Positions 35,928 through 45,447 of a stretch of 64,000 bases of DNA are shown piece by piece. Under the pieces are notes generated by a model. The model saw nothing but the letters and a program-made list of their open reading frames with translations. It had not been told where the DNA came from and did no database searches. Position 1 is the first letter of the stretch, and each line of letters opens with the position of its first letter. The position numbers and the translations under genes were made by a program. Origin of the DNA: Gemmatimonadota bacterium (GTDB lineage: Bacteria; Gemmatimonadota; Gemmatimonadetes; Gemmatimonadales; GWC2-71-9); NCBI GenBank assembly GCA_039588295.1, contig JBDHAB010000010.1, forward strand, positions 32,001-96,000, read 5' to 3'.

Positions 35928-37617
35928 GTGGCGTCCAGGCGCCCTCGTGGCAGCCGTGGCGATCCTGGCGGCCGCGGGGTATGCGGATCCGCCGCTCCGC
36001 GACGCCCCCATCATCTGGCACGTCGATGACCGGCGTGATATCCCGCCCCCAGCGCCACGTGACCCGCACGGCCTGCGGGCGGGTATCGATGCCATGTTCT
36101 TCCGGCCGACCGGCCGGATGTTCAATCCGGCCCGATGGGTTCGCCGCGTGGGAACCCTGTTCGGCGGCGATCACGTTGCTCACGCTTCGAACGTGAACAG
36201 CCTCGACGAGGTTCCGAACTCCTCCTGGTTCACGAACCGGATCGGGCTGTTCCGTGTGTCACCCGGCGAGGCGGCGCGCGGACCACTCACCAGTCTCGGT
36301 CCCGACCGAAGCGGCCAGTGGACCGTCGTGCGAGCGAAGACGGAAGGAGTGACACCGGGCTTCAACATCCGTGACGCCCGCGGCGACGTGTACGTCATCA
36401 AGTTCGATCCACCGGGCCACCTGGGTATGGCCACCGGTGCCGGTGTGATCTCGGGCCGCATCCTCCACACGATCGGATACAACGTCCCGGAAGACCGGGT
36501 AGTCCATTTCGATCGTGACCAGCTCGTCGTGGGCAGCGACGTTACGATCACCCCACCTGATGGGCCCCCTCGCCCGATGACGGAGCAGGACTTGGACGAC
36601 ATCTTGAGCCGCGTCGAGCGCTCAGCCAACGACAGGTGGCGTGCGCTCGCGAGCAAATTCCTCAGTGGCACCCCGATTGGCCCGTTCGACTGGCGCGGCC
36701 GGCGTAAGGACGACCCGAACGATCGGATCGACCACGAGGATCGACGTGAGCTCCGCGGACTCCGCATGTTCGCAGCCTGGATCTGTCACTTCGACACCAA
36801 GCAGGGTAACACGCTCGATATGTACGTCGACGAGGGCGGCCGCCGATTTGTCCGACACTACTTGATCGACTTCGCGAGCACACTCGGTGCGGGAGCGCTG
36901 GGTCCCGTCGCCACCCACTGTCTGGAGTACGACAGTGACGTCGGGATGACGATCGGCCGTGCGCTCGCCTTGGGACTGTGGGAGGACCCGTGGCGCCGCA
37001 TAGAGCGACCGGACGGACTGGCTGAGATCGGGTATTTCGAGACCGACGCGTTCTACCCAATGGCGTTCAAGCCGCTGCAACCCAACTCAGCGTTCGCCAA
37101 CATGACCGACCGGGACGGCTACTGGGCTGCCAAGATCATCTCGGCCTTCACCGACGAGCATCTCGAGGCGATTGTGGCCACTGGGAGCTATCCGAGTCCC
37201 GAAGCGGCTGAGTGGATCGTCCGCGCCCTCGGTATCCGCCGAGACGCGATCGCACGCTACTTCTTCGACCGGGTGGCTCCCCTCGATTTCTTCACGACCG
37301 ATGACGGCGTGCTCCGGTTCCACGATCTCGGCGTGGAGCGGGGCATCTACTCCGCCGCAACAACGCTCTACCGGGCACGCGCAGCCGCGGTGACTCGAGA
37401 GCGAGTTCGCAGCGGGTGGACATCGTGGCTCAGCCTCGATGACACGCTGGTGAACCTGTCAGCGACGAACTCTCTCGTAGCGCCACCCGGAGGGGACACT
37501 GGGCGCTATCCGTTCCTCGCCGTGGAGGTTCAAGCGTCACGGCAGGGACGGTGGAGTGAGTCCGTGGTGGTGTATCTCTCGCGATCGAGCTGGCGGGTGG
37601 TCGAGCTCTCGCGCTAG
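35899..37617 (+). CDS. Exported hypothetical protein with HipA/PI3K-like atypical kinase motifs
   Basis: Hydrophobic N-terminus; KTEGVTPGF, YVIKFD, IGYNVP, HFDTKQGN (DxxxxN), YLIDFA; overlaps the Omp85 gene by 29 nt. Confidence 0.6.
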   Translation: MGATRLPNARWRPGALVAAVAILAAAGYADPPLRDAPIIWHVDDRRDIPPPAPRDPHGLRAGIDAMFFRPTGRMFNPARWVRRVGTLFGGDHVAHASNVNSLDEVPNSSWFTNRIGLFRVSPGEAARGPLTSLGPDRSGQWTVVRAKTEGVTPGFNIRDARGDVYVIKFDPPGHLGMATGAGVISGRILHTIGYNVPEDRVVHFDRDQLVVGSDVTITPPDGPPRPMTEQDLDDILSRVERSANDRWRALASKFLSGTPIGPFDWRGRRKDDPNDRIDHEDRRELRGLRMFAAWICHFDTKQGNTLDMYVDEGGRRFVRHYLIDFASTLGAGALGPVATHCLEYDSDVGMTIGRALALGLWEDPWRRIERPDGLAEIGYFETDAFYPMAFKPLQPNSAFANMTDRDGYWAAKIISAFTDEHLEAIVATGSYPSPEAAEWIVRALGIRRDAIARYFFDRVAPLDFFTTDDGVLRFHDLGVERGIYSAATTLYRARAAAVTRERVRSGWTSWLSLDDTLVNLSATNSLVAPPGGDTGRYPFLAVEVQASRQGRWSESVVVYLSRSSWRVVELSR

Positions 37618-37621
37618 GCCG

Positions 37622-39208
37622 CTAGGAAGGCGAGAACTCGGGCAGGTTCGCGCACCACCACTGCGTGGCATCGTCCGAACTCCACCGATCCCCCACGTCA
37701 CATGTGCTGAGACGCTCCGCGAGTTCCTGCCCATCGCGCGGTCTCGCCGCCGGTTCCTTTTCCAAGCATGCGAGGATCAGCGCATCCAACGATGAACTGA
37801 CCTCAAACTCCGAGCGCTGAGACGGCGGGAGCGGCGTGTTCCGGATATGGGCGAGCATCATCTTCATAGGCGTGTCGGCTTCAAAGACCAACTGACCCGT
37901 GAGCAACCAGTAGGCCACGCAGCCAAGGGCATACAGGTCGGACCGCCCATCCACGTCTTCGCCCCGGGCGAGCTCCGGAGACATGTAGGCTGGGGTCCCG
38001 GTCGTAATGTCCGGTGCGGTGAGCTTGGCCTGGTCACGCTCATCTTCGAGCCGTCCCTTGACCAGGCCGAAATCGAGCACCTTTACGAAATCCGCCTCGA
38101 GTCCTACCCAACACGCGTACAGGTTCGCCGGTTTCACGTCGCGATGCACGAGCGCCCTGGCGTGCGCCTCGGCCAGTGAGTAACACGCCTGTCGCAGCAG
38201 GTAAACCACACGTGCAGGTCGCATGGGCCCAAACCGGTGCACCAGGGTTTCGAAATCGAGCCCCCGCAGCAGCTCCATCACGTAGTACAGGCTTCCCTCT
38301 CCGGTCACACCGAAATCGTACAGCGCAATGGTGTGCGGCGAACTGAGACTTGCCGCCGCCTCCGCCTCACGCTTGAACCGGCGCACGACCGTGTCTACCG
38401 GCTCCAGTTCATTCGCACTCAGCACTCCAGGGCGAATGAGCTTGACCGCAGCGGGTCGTCGCAGCATACGATGCCGGGCGGCGTATACCTCGCCCATCCC
38501 TCCTTTGCCTAGGAGATCTCCCAGGCGATAACTGCCCAGCTCACGCGCGTCACGCACCTGATGTCCCAGCCGCGTGATGATGTGGGCCGGGATGACCGCC
38601 AGGAGTGCGCAGATGTAGTTAGGCAGATACGTCCACAGAATCACCGGGAACGAGGGGGTGGCAATCCCCCGTAAGTTGGTGATCCAGAGCCCCACCGGAT
38701 CCATGGATGCCGCGGCCAGCGCTGCGAGTAAGGTTCGGTTTCGCGTGTGTGGCACGATCATGGGATGCACGAGCACGAGCACGCAGATCCACGACAGGCC
38801 CTTCGTATTGGGTGTCCACTGATTCACTAGCCCGATGGCGAACGCCAATCCGACCTCGTACCAGAGTCCGAGATCGAGCGAGAACACACAGTCGCAGGCG
38901 TGCCATCGGGTGTAGGCGAACAGCGCGAGTGAGAGCAGGATGACTGCGGCAGCAACCGGATTGCCCGGCCACGGCCAGGCGTCATCGAGCGGGAGGCCCG
39001 GAGAGAGAATGGGGCTCACGACGTTGTTCATCAGGAGCGAGAGCCCCCACAGCGCCGCCCACATGAGACACGCGACGCCCAGCCGCCGCGACGCGGCTTC
39101 GAGAAGGTCGGAAGGCAACGCATCTGCAGCGCCTGCTGGCGTGGTGCGCAGTGCGCCTTCGACGGACGGTGTGGCGGTCATCGCTGGACCCGTGGCCGTT
39201 CGATTCAC
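37622..39208 (-). CDS. Ser/Thr protein kinase with an N-terminal multi-TM sensor (paralog of 31388..33007)
   Basis: Shares LPxDxLE, WPGN, NQW, SWICV, AASMDP and LPNYICAL with the first kinase; GKGGMGEVY, HRDVKPAN, DFGL, GTPAYMSPE. Confidence 0.92.
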   Translation of the reverse strand: MNRTATGPAMTATPSVEGALRTTPAGAADALPSDLLEAASRRLGVACLMWAALWGLSLLMNNVVSPILSPGLPLDDAWPWPGNPVAAAVILLSLALFAYTRWHACDCVFSLDLGLWYEVGLAFAIGLVNQWTPNTKGLSWICVLVLVHPMIVPHTRNRTLLAALAAASMDPVGLWITNLRGIATPSFPVILWTYLPNYICALLAVIPAHIITRLGHQVRDARELGSYRLGDLLGKGGMGEVYAARHRMLRRPAAVKLIRPGVLSANELEPVDTVVRRFKREAEAAASLSSPHTIALYDFGVTGEGSLYYVMELLRGLDFETLVHRFGPMRPARVVYLLRQACYSLAEAHARALVHRDVKPANLYACWVGLEADFVKVLDFGLVKGRLEDERDQAKLTAPDITTGTPAYMSPELARGEDVDGRSDLYALGCVAYWLLTGQLVFEADTPMKMMLAHIRNTPLPPSQRSEFEVSSSLDALILACLEKEPAARPRDGQELAERLSTCDVGDRWSSDDATQWWCANLPEFSPS

Positions 39209-39320
39209 GTATTGTCATGGGTCGCCGATTCCGAGATCCGAGCGGGGTGCGCCGCACCGCTACCGCCGAACGACACGATGATCTCGGACGGCGGATCGCG
39301 AGCGACCCCCGACAGCCCGA

Positions 39321-40778
39321 GTGACGAAGACGCCCGACCCCGAACTGCGGAATTCCGAGCACCCACCCGAGGCCTGGCATCCTGCCCGGCGCGCCGCGCG
39401 AGCCGTGTTCCAACCCATCGAGCGGTTCCTCCACGTGGAAGCGGCGAGTGGTGTGCTCCTGATCTTGGCCGCCGCAATCGCGTTGGCTTGGGCCAACTCG
39501 CCGTGGGCGCAGCACTACGACGACCTCTGGCACACGCCCCTGCGCGTAGGTGTCGCCAAGTGGACGATCGAGCGATCCCTGCATTTCTGGATCAACGAGC
39601 TCCTCATGACCGTGTTCTTCTTGCTCGCGGGGCTCGAGATCAAGCGTGAACTGGTGCACGGGGCACTGTCCGACCGCCGGCGTGCCGCGCTGCCGGTCGC
39701 CGCTGCAATCGGTGGCATGCTCGTACCGGCCGCGATCTACGTTGCGCTCAATACGTCCGGCGCGACCGCGAGAGGCTGGGGAGTACCGATGGCCACCGAT
39801 ATCGCCTTCGCGGTAGGCATCCTGGTGCTGCTCGGCAACCGTATTCACCCGGCGTTGCGCGTCCTCCTCTTGGCGTTCGCGATCATCGATGATGTGGGCG
39901 CGATTCTCGTGATCGCCCTCTTCTACTCCAGTGGCTTCGCGCCACAGGGCCTGGTGCTCGCCGCCGGCGGGCTTCTCTTAGCCTTGCTCTTTCTGTGGAC
40001 AGGCGTTCGCCCGGGACTCGTGTTCACCGCTCCGCTGCTCGTCATGTGGGCCGGGCTGTACACCGCGGGAATTCACCCGACGATCGCCGGGGTCGTGCTT
40101 GGGCTCCTCATTCCGGTCCGCGCCTGGTACGGACCCGAAGGCTTTGTGCGGGCCGCCCGTGACGCGCTGCATGAGTTCGCGCAGCGTGTCCAAGCCGGCG
40201 TGGGGGATCACCAGCTGCTCCAGCCGCTGGGGCAGATCGCGGAGGCGCAACGCGAGGCGGTGGCCCCCGGAGTGCGCGGCGAAGCGGCACTCCATCCCTG
40301 GGTAGCATACGGGATCATGCCCCTCTTCGCACTGGCCAACGCCGGCGTCAACGTGAGCGGAATCAGCCTCAATGCGCCGGGCGCAGGCACCGTGCTCGGT
40401 GGCGTGACCCTTGGGCTTCTCATAGGCAAGCCGCTCGGCGTGCTGTTCGCCAGCTGGCTGGGCACGCGCCTCAGGCTTTGCACCCTACCCGAAGGTGTAA
40501 CGTGGGGTGGCATGGCCATTGTTGGCGTCGCGGGGGCGATCGGCTTCACGATGGCTATCTTCATCGGTGAGCTCGCGTTTGCTGATTCGGAGTACCTCGC
40601 GGTGGCGAAACTCGGCGTATTGCTCGCCACCGCAGTTGCGGGCGCGGTCGCCCTCGTGGGCGGGCGTCTCCTCCTGCCAGCCAAGCCGGCGACCGTACCC
40701 ACCGGCCTCACCGAGAGCGTCGCGGAGCGGTCAACGAGCCTGTGGTCCGCAGACGCGCAGAGAACTGTCACGCATTAG
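39321..40778 (+). CDS. nhaA: Na+/H+ antiporter NhaA
   Basis: [61 protein letters not shown]. Confidence 0.93.
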   Translation: MTKTPDPELRNSEHPPEAWHPARRAARAVFQPIERFLHVEAASGVLLILAAAIALAWANSPWAQHYDDLWHTPLRVGVAKWTIERSLHFWINELLMTVFFLLAGLEIKRELVHGALSDRRRAALPVAAAIGGMLVPAAIYVALNTSGATARGWGVPMATDIAFAVGILVLLGNRIHPALRVLLLAFAIIDDVGAILVIALFYSSGFAPQGLVLAAGGLLLALLFLWTGVRPGLVFTAPLLVMWAGLYTAGIHPTIAGVVLGLLIPVRAWYGPEGFVRAARDALHEFAQRVQAGVGDHQLLQPLGQIAEAQREAVAPGVRGEAALHPWVAYGIMPLFALANAGVNVSGISLNAPGAGTVLGGVTLGLLIGKPLGVLFASWLGTRLRLCTLPEGVTWGGMAIVGVAGAIGFTMAIFIGELAFADSEYLAVAKLGVLLATAVAGAVALVGGRLLLPAKPATVPTGLTESVAERSTSLWSADAQRTVTH

Positions 40779-40795
40779 AGAACGGTGACGAGATC

Positions 40796-42241
40796 ATGAA
40801 CGCTGCACATCGCTCAAGTCCGGTCGATCGATTCCTGCGACTCTTCACCGATATTCGGGCGGGGGAGAGCCGCACGGCCCTGCTGCTGATGTTGAACATC
40901 TTCCTGATCTTCGTCGCCTATTCGATCATGAAAGTGCTGCGAGAGGTGCTGGTCCTCAGTCAGGGGGAGGTCGAGAGCAAGGCCATATCGGCCGGCGGTC
41001 AGGCACTTGTGCTGCTGGCAGCCGTTCCACTCTACGGCATGATCGCGTCACGCGTGCCGCGTCGCCGCCTGATCAACATCGTCACCGTCTTCTTCGTGGT
41101 GTGCCTCGGGGCGTTCTATGCCTTCTACACACTGCAGATGCCGATCGGCATCGCGTTCTACATCTGGCTCGGGGTTTTCAACGTGATGGTGATCGCCCAG
41201 TTCTGGGCGTTTGCCAACGACGTGTATACCACGGACGAAGGCAAGCGGCTGTTTCCCATCATCGGCTTTGGATCGGCCTCGGGTGCCGTAGTCGGAGCGT
41301 GGGCCGCTGGTGTGCTACAGAGTGCGGTTGGCATCGGGTTCGCTCTGCTTATTGCTGCGGGCCTCCTCCTTCTCGGCGTGGCCGTCTCGAACATGGTCGA
41401 CAGCAGGGAGCGGCGGCGGACCGAGGCACACCTCCCCGAGATACACACGACGGGCACGATGCCCGCGGCCACTGGACAGTTCCGTGCAGCCACCGGCGAG
41501 TTCCGCGTGCCGGACGAGGACTACCAGCGGGAGAGCGGCACATTCCGGGCGATCGCGTCAGAGGAGGCAGTGGCGGACGAGCCCCCGACATCGACGGGAG
41601 GTGCGTTCCAACTCGCGTTCCGCAACCGTTACCTGCTGTTGATAGCGCTACTCGTGTTGCTCCTCAATTGGGTCAATACGAGCGGAGAGCTGATTCTCTC
41701 CGCATTCGTGACCGAGGCGGCCGACCGTGCGGTCGCGGCCGGGGAAGCGACACGGGAGGAGGTTCTCGGGCGCTTCTATTCCGGGTTCCAGGGCACCGTG
41801 AACCTCGTTGGGATGCTGGTCCAGCTGTTTCTCGTCTCGCGGATCATCAAGTACTTGAACATTCCGGTTGCGCTCCTGATCCTGCCCATCGTGTCCTTTG
41901 CTGCCTACTCGCTGATCCTCTTCGTTCCGCTGCTCGCAGCGGTCCGGTGGGCGAAGACCGGAGAAAATGCTACCGACTACTCACTGAACAACACGGTGCG
42001 GCACGCACTGTTTCTGCCCACAACACGAGAGGAGAAGTACAAGGCCAAGCAAGTGGTCGACTCGTTCTCACAGCGCATTGGCGACGTAATGGCAGCAGTG
42101 ACGTGGCTGGGTGGCGCGGCGCTCCTGGGGTTCGCCTATACGCAGCTTGCTACGGTCAATCTCGTGCTCGTCGGCGTCTGGATCGTCATTGCCGTGCTGA
42201 TCGGGAGACGCTACAGGAGGCTGGCTGCTGTAGCCGCCTAG
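40796..42241 (+). CDS. NTT/TLC (Npt1/Npt2-like) MFS nucleotide-transporter family protein
   Basis: AYSIMKVLRE, QFWAFANDVY...EGKRLFPIIG, DYSLNNTVRHALFLPTTREEKYKAK...DSF..RIGD. Confidence 0.78.
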   Translation: MNAAHRSSPVDRFLRLFTDIRAGESRTALLLMLNIFLIFVAYSIMKVLREVLVLSQGEVESKAISAGGQALVLLAAVPLYGMIASRVPRRRLINIVTVFFVVCLGAFYAFYTLQMPIGIAFYIWLGVFNVMVIAQFWAFANDVYTTDEGKRLFPIIGFGSASGAVVGAWAAGVLQSAVGIGFALLIAAGLLLLGVAVSNMVDSRERRRTEAHLPEIHTTGTMPAATGQFRAATGEFRVPDEDYQRESGTFRAIASEEAVADEPPTSTGGAFQLAFRNRYLLLIALLVLLLNWVNTSGELILSAFVTEAADRAVAAGEATREEVLGRFYSGFQGTVNLVGMLVQLFLVSRIIKYLNIPVALLILPIVSFAAYSLILFVPLLAAVRWAKTGENATDYSLNNTVRHALFLPTTREEKYKAKQVVDSFSQRIGDVMAAVTWLGGAALLGFAYTQLATVNLVLVGVWIVIAVLIGRRYRRLAAVAA

Positions 42242-42295
42242 CAGCTGCCGGTGGCATCCACTAGCCTCCAGCGAGGACGCGGGTAACGACCGGGG

Positions 42296-44530
42296 CTACT
42301 CGTCCGTTTCCGGCGGCTTCTTCCGGAGGGCCTCAAGGTTCAGCGCGATCGACTGGTTGGAGGCCAGGAGGTCTTGGAGCACCTGGTCAGCCGAGCGACG
42401 CTCCTTGATGTGCGGCCGAGTGTCCTCGAGGAACGGCCACAGCGGACGGCGGATCTTCTCGGGCAGCAAGGTCTCCAGGTACTCCAACGCCGTACCGCGC
42501 AAGAGTTGGTCGTCCGTATGGAGCCCGCGAAATGCGACCTTGAGGGGCTGACGGGGCAGCACGAGCGCGAGCACGGTGAAAACGTGTTCCAGTCCCCGAT
42601 TGGCCCGCTTGCGCAGCATTTCATCCATCACCGGCGACCACGCCTCGTCCTCTGTCTGGTCCAGCACCCGGTGGCTCTCCCACACCCCCTTGTCGACTGC
42701 CACCTCTCGCAGAACGGCGGCGAACGCCCGCTCCCGGTCTACCACCAGCGTGTGGTTGAGATCGAGCAGTCGGCTCAGGGCTCGGCCGCAGCGATAGCGC
42801 ACCTCAAACCGCGGGTCCTCCAGCCCGCGGAGCAGACCGTCCACTGCGCGTTCGGTTGGACAAGCGGCCAGCACGAGTGGGATTCTGCGGCGAACCGCGA
42901 ACTCCTCACTGGGATCGACGAGGTGATCCACCAGCTGCCCCGTGGCCTCCATGGCAGCATCCCGCAGGGCCACAATCGCATCACGCAATACGTCGTCCCA
43001 GGCCAGCAAGGCGATCGCGTGGGGGACGAGCGCCGGAGTCAGCGGTCCGGCTCGGAGAACGGCCCGGGTTCGGCTGACGTGACGCGACCTCAGCTCGACG
43101 ATCCGGTCGATTTCGGCATCGCGCGGCCCACTCGGTCGCAGCTCGGCGGCCGCCTCACTTACCTCGCCCGCCCCTGCATCCGGCGCGGCGGGTACACTCG
43201 CGCGCACTTTGGTGAGCCCGAGGTCGGCGGCGCTCTGGAGCACCGTGGTGCGCGTAATGGCATCCTGCACTTCATCGAGATCGAGTTGCACCGCGCGCGA
43301 CAGCAGGCTCTTCTCCAATGTGCGCACGTAGCCCGAGCGGAGGCGGAGCGCGAGCACAATCGCCACAATCGAGAGCACAACAGCGAACCCGAGTAACGTG
43401 CGTAACGCCGCCGCCGCCGCCACAACCAGGAGGGTGAGCTGCACGAGACCGCCCCCCGCGACATCGCCCAGCCGGACAACACCCACGTCCACCAAGGCTT
43501 TCGCGGCTCGCTTCTTCACCGGGGCGACAGGAGTGAACAGGAGCTCATACCCGGCGCGATACAGCCCATTGCGTGTTACCGCCTCCATGCTGCGCGCGAT
43601 GGTCGCGCTTGGGAAACCGGGGACGGCGATCGCCCCGATGCCGCCCAGCGCTGCACCAAGCGGCAGCAGCGAAACGGTCCGCGTGAGTCCCAAGTGCTGA
43701 AGTGCTGGACGGCTGGCGAGCGCCTGGACGACGACCGTGAGCAGCGCAACACCCGTGTAGAACACGGCAAAGACCCTGGTCAGCGACTGTTCCCCTCCCC
43801 CGAACTCCTCCGTCACGCTCGCTTTGAACACGTAATCGATGAGCACTTCGCTCACCGCGAGAAGCAGAACGAGCGCTACGAGACCTCTCAGATAGGACGT
43901 TTCCGCGATCACCTTGAGACCGGAGCGCGCTGGTGGCTCGTCTTCCCGCTTGACGGCCACCGGCTGATCACCCGGAGTACGCACACTGAAGACCAGTACG
44001 GCGCAAAGAAGGTGTAGGCCCGCAAGGATCGGGAGCATCGTCACGACAGACGGAAGTCCCGCGGCCAAGAGACCCCCGAGCAGTCCGCCCACAGTCCCAC
44101 CAGCCGCGATGCGGCCGATGTACCGTTTGGCGGTCCGCGGGTCGAACCGCTCGTTGACCACCGACCAGAAACCGGAAACCAGGACCGCACCGAGTGCCCC
44201 GTAGTGCAGATAGAGGATGATTGCGACGGCCTGACGGTACGATCCAACGAGGGCCCACTCGGCAAGCAGGAGGGCCGCGCTGAGCACGAACGCGGCCTGA
44301 ACCAGACGTCCTGGTCCCCAAGAGGTCATCCATCGGGCCGCGATCAGGGCGGTCACGACCGACACCACGGCCGACGTCACGACCATCCTGGGGAGGTCGG
44401 AAACGTCAAAGCTGGACAGGAACAGCCCGTCGCGCGTTGCCTTCGCCGCCATCTGGAAGGCAATCATCGTACCCGCAGCCAGCACGGCGGCGATGTACGC
44501 TTGTCCAGAATCGCGTGAACCAGTGGCCAC
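42296..44530 (-). CDS. NTT-like MFS transporter with a C-terminal HEAT-repeat region
   Basis: KATRDGLFLS, FWSVVNERFDPRTAKR, YELLFTPV...KRAAKALVD..VRLGD; HEAT-like VRRRIPLVL, LEDPRFEVRYRCGRAL, LRGTALEYL. Confidence 0.72.
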   Translation of the reverse strand: MATGSRDSGQAYIAAVLAAGTMIAFQMAAKATRDGLFLSSFDVSDLPRMVVTSAVVSVVTALIAARWMTSWGPGRLVQAAFVLSAALLLAEWALVGSYRQAVAIILYLHYGALGAVLVSGFWSVVNERFDPRTAKRYIGRIAAGGTVGGLLGGLLAAGLPSVVTMLPILAGLHLLCAVLVFSVRTPGDQPVAVKREDEPPARSGLKVIAETSYLRGLVALVLLLAVSEVLIDYVFKASVTEEFGGGEQSLTRVFAVFYTGVALLTVVVQALASRPALQHLGLTRTVSLLPLGAALGGIGAIAVPGFPSATIARSMEAVTRNGLYRAGYELLFTPVAPVKKRAAKALVDVGVVRLGDVAGGGLVQLTLLVVAAAAALRTLLGFAVVLSIVAIVLALRLRSGYVRTLEKSLLSRAVQLDLDEVQDAITRTTVLQSAADLGLTKVRASVPAAPDAGAGEVSEAAAELRPSGPRDAEIDRIVELRSRHVSRTRAVLRAGPLTPALVPHAIALLAWDDVLRDAIVALRDAAMEATGQLVDHLVDPSEEFAVRRRIPLVLAACPTERAVDGLLRGLEDPRFEVRYRCGRALSRLLDLNHTLVVDRERAFAAVLREVAVDKGVWESHRVLDQTEDEAWSPVMDEMLRKRANRGLEHVFTVLALVLPRQPLKVAFRGLHTDDQLLRGTALEYLETLLPEKIRRPLWPFLEDTRPHIKERRSADQVLQDLLASNQSIALNLEALRKKPPETDE

Positions 44531-44736
44531 GAAGACTCCTTTGAGACCCGGCCGTCGGTGCGTCCTCTAAACTAGCGCCTAGGAACCGGATCGCGACGGT
44601 CCAGCTTCCAACCATGACGTGGTCTCACGCCCACGCAACTGGCCAAGACCGGTCCCTAGTCGTCAAATTGTTGGATTGTCCCGCCGGTTGACCGGGACAG
44701 CACCCAGATCTCATTGCAGCAGGAGGGTGATCCCGC

Positions 44737-45348
44737 ATGGGTCGTGCGGCGTTGCTGACGGCTTCGGCGCTTCTCGCGCTGGCCTGCCGTCCACAGCAGG
44801 CGGAGCAGGAATCTGCGCAATCCGTAGCTGTGGATCCGACGCCGCGCGTGGTGTTGGAGACGACGAGCGGGCAGATTGTGGTGCAGCTCGACCGCGAGAA
44901 GGCCCCGACGACCGTCGAGAACTTCTTGGCGCACGTCGACATCGGGTTCTACGACGGCCTGATCTTCCACCGCGTGGAGCGGGGCTTCGTCATCCAGGCT
45001 GGCTACTACACACCTGACATGCGTCGCGCGAGCACGTCGGCGGCCCCCATCATGAACGAGGGCCAGAATGGGCTGCCAAACGTTCGAGGCAGCGTCGCCA
45101 TGGCAAGAACGGACTATCCCCATAGTGCAACCACGCAGTTCTTCATCAACCTGAAAGACAATCCGTCCCTCAACGCGGATCAGTATGGCGACGGTTTTGG
45201 ACACGCCGTGTTCGGACACGTCGTTGACGGTATGGATGTCATCGATCGGATTGCGGCCGCGCGGACGAACCGGCGGGGAACAAATCTGTACCTTCCCGTG
45301 GTACCAATCGTCATCAATCGCGCGTTCGTTCTCGACGAGGACGCGTAG
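44737..45348 (+). CDS. Cyclophilin-type peptidyl-prolyl cis-trans isomerase, lipoprotein
   Basis: LALAC lipobox; APTTVENF, FYDGLIFHRV, FVIQ, RGSVAMAR, SATTQFFIN, AVFGHV. Confidence 0.92.
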   Translation: MGRAALLTASALLALACRPQQAEQESAQSVAVDPTPRVVLETTSGQIVVQLDREKAPTTVENFLAHVDIGFYDGLIFHRVERGFVIQAGYYTPDMRRASTSAAPIMNEGQNGLPNVRGSVAMARTDYPHSATTQFFINLKDNPSLNADQYGDGFGHAVFGHVVDGMDVIDRIAAARTNRRGTNLYLPVVPIVINRAFVLDEDA

Positions 45349-45447
45349 CCCACATCGCGGTCTGCCCACTCACAGCACGAGGTTCCGCGGCGCCGGATCG
45401 ACGCTTTGTCTGAGCCTCACCAGGACACGAGCCCCACATCGGTGCGT

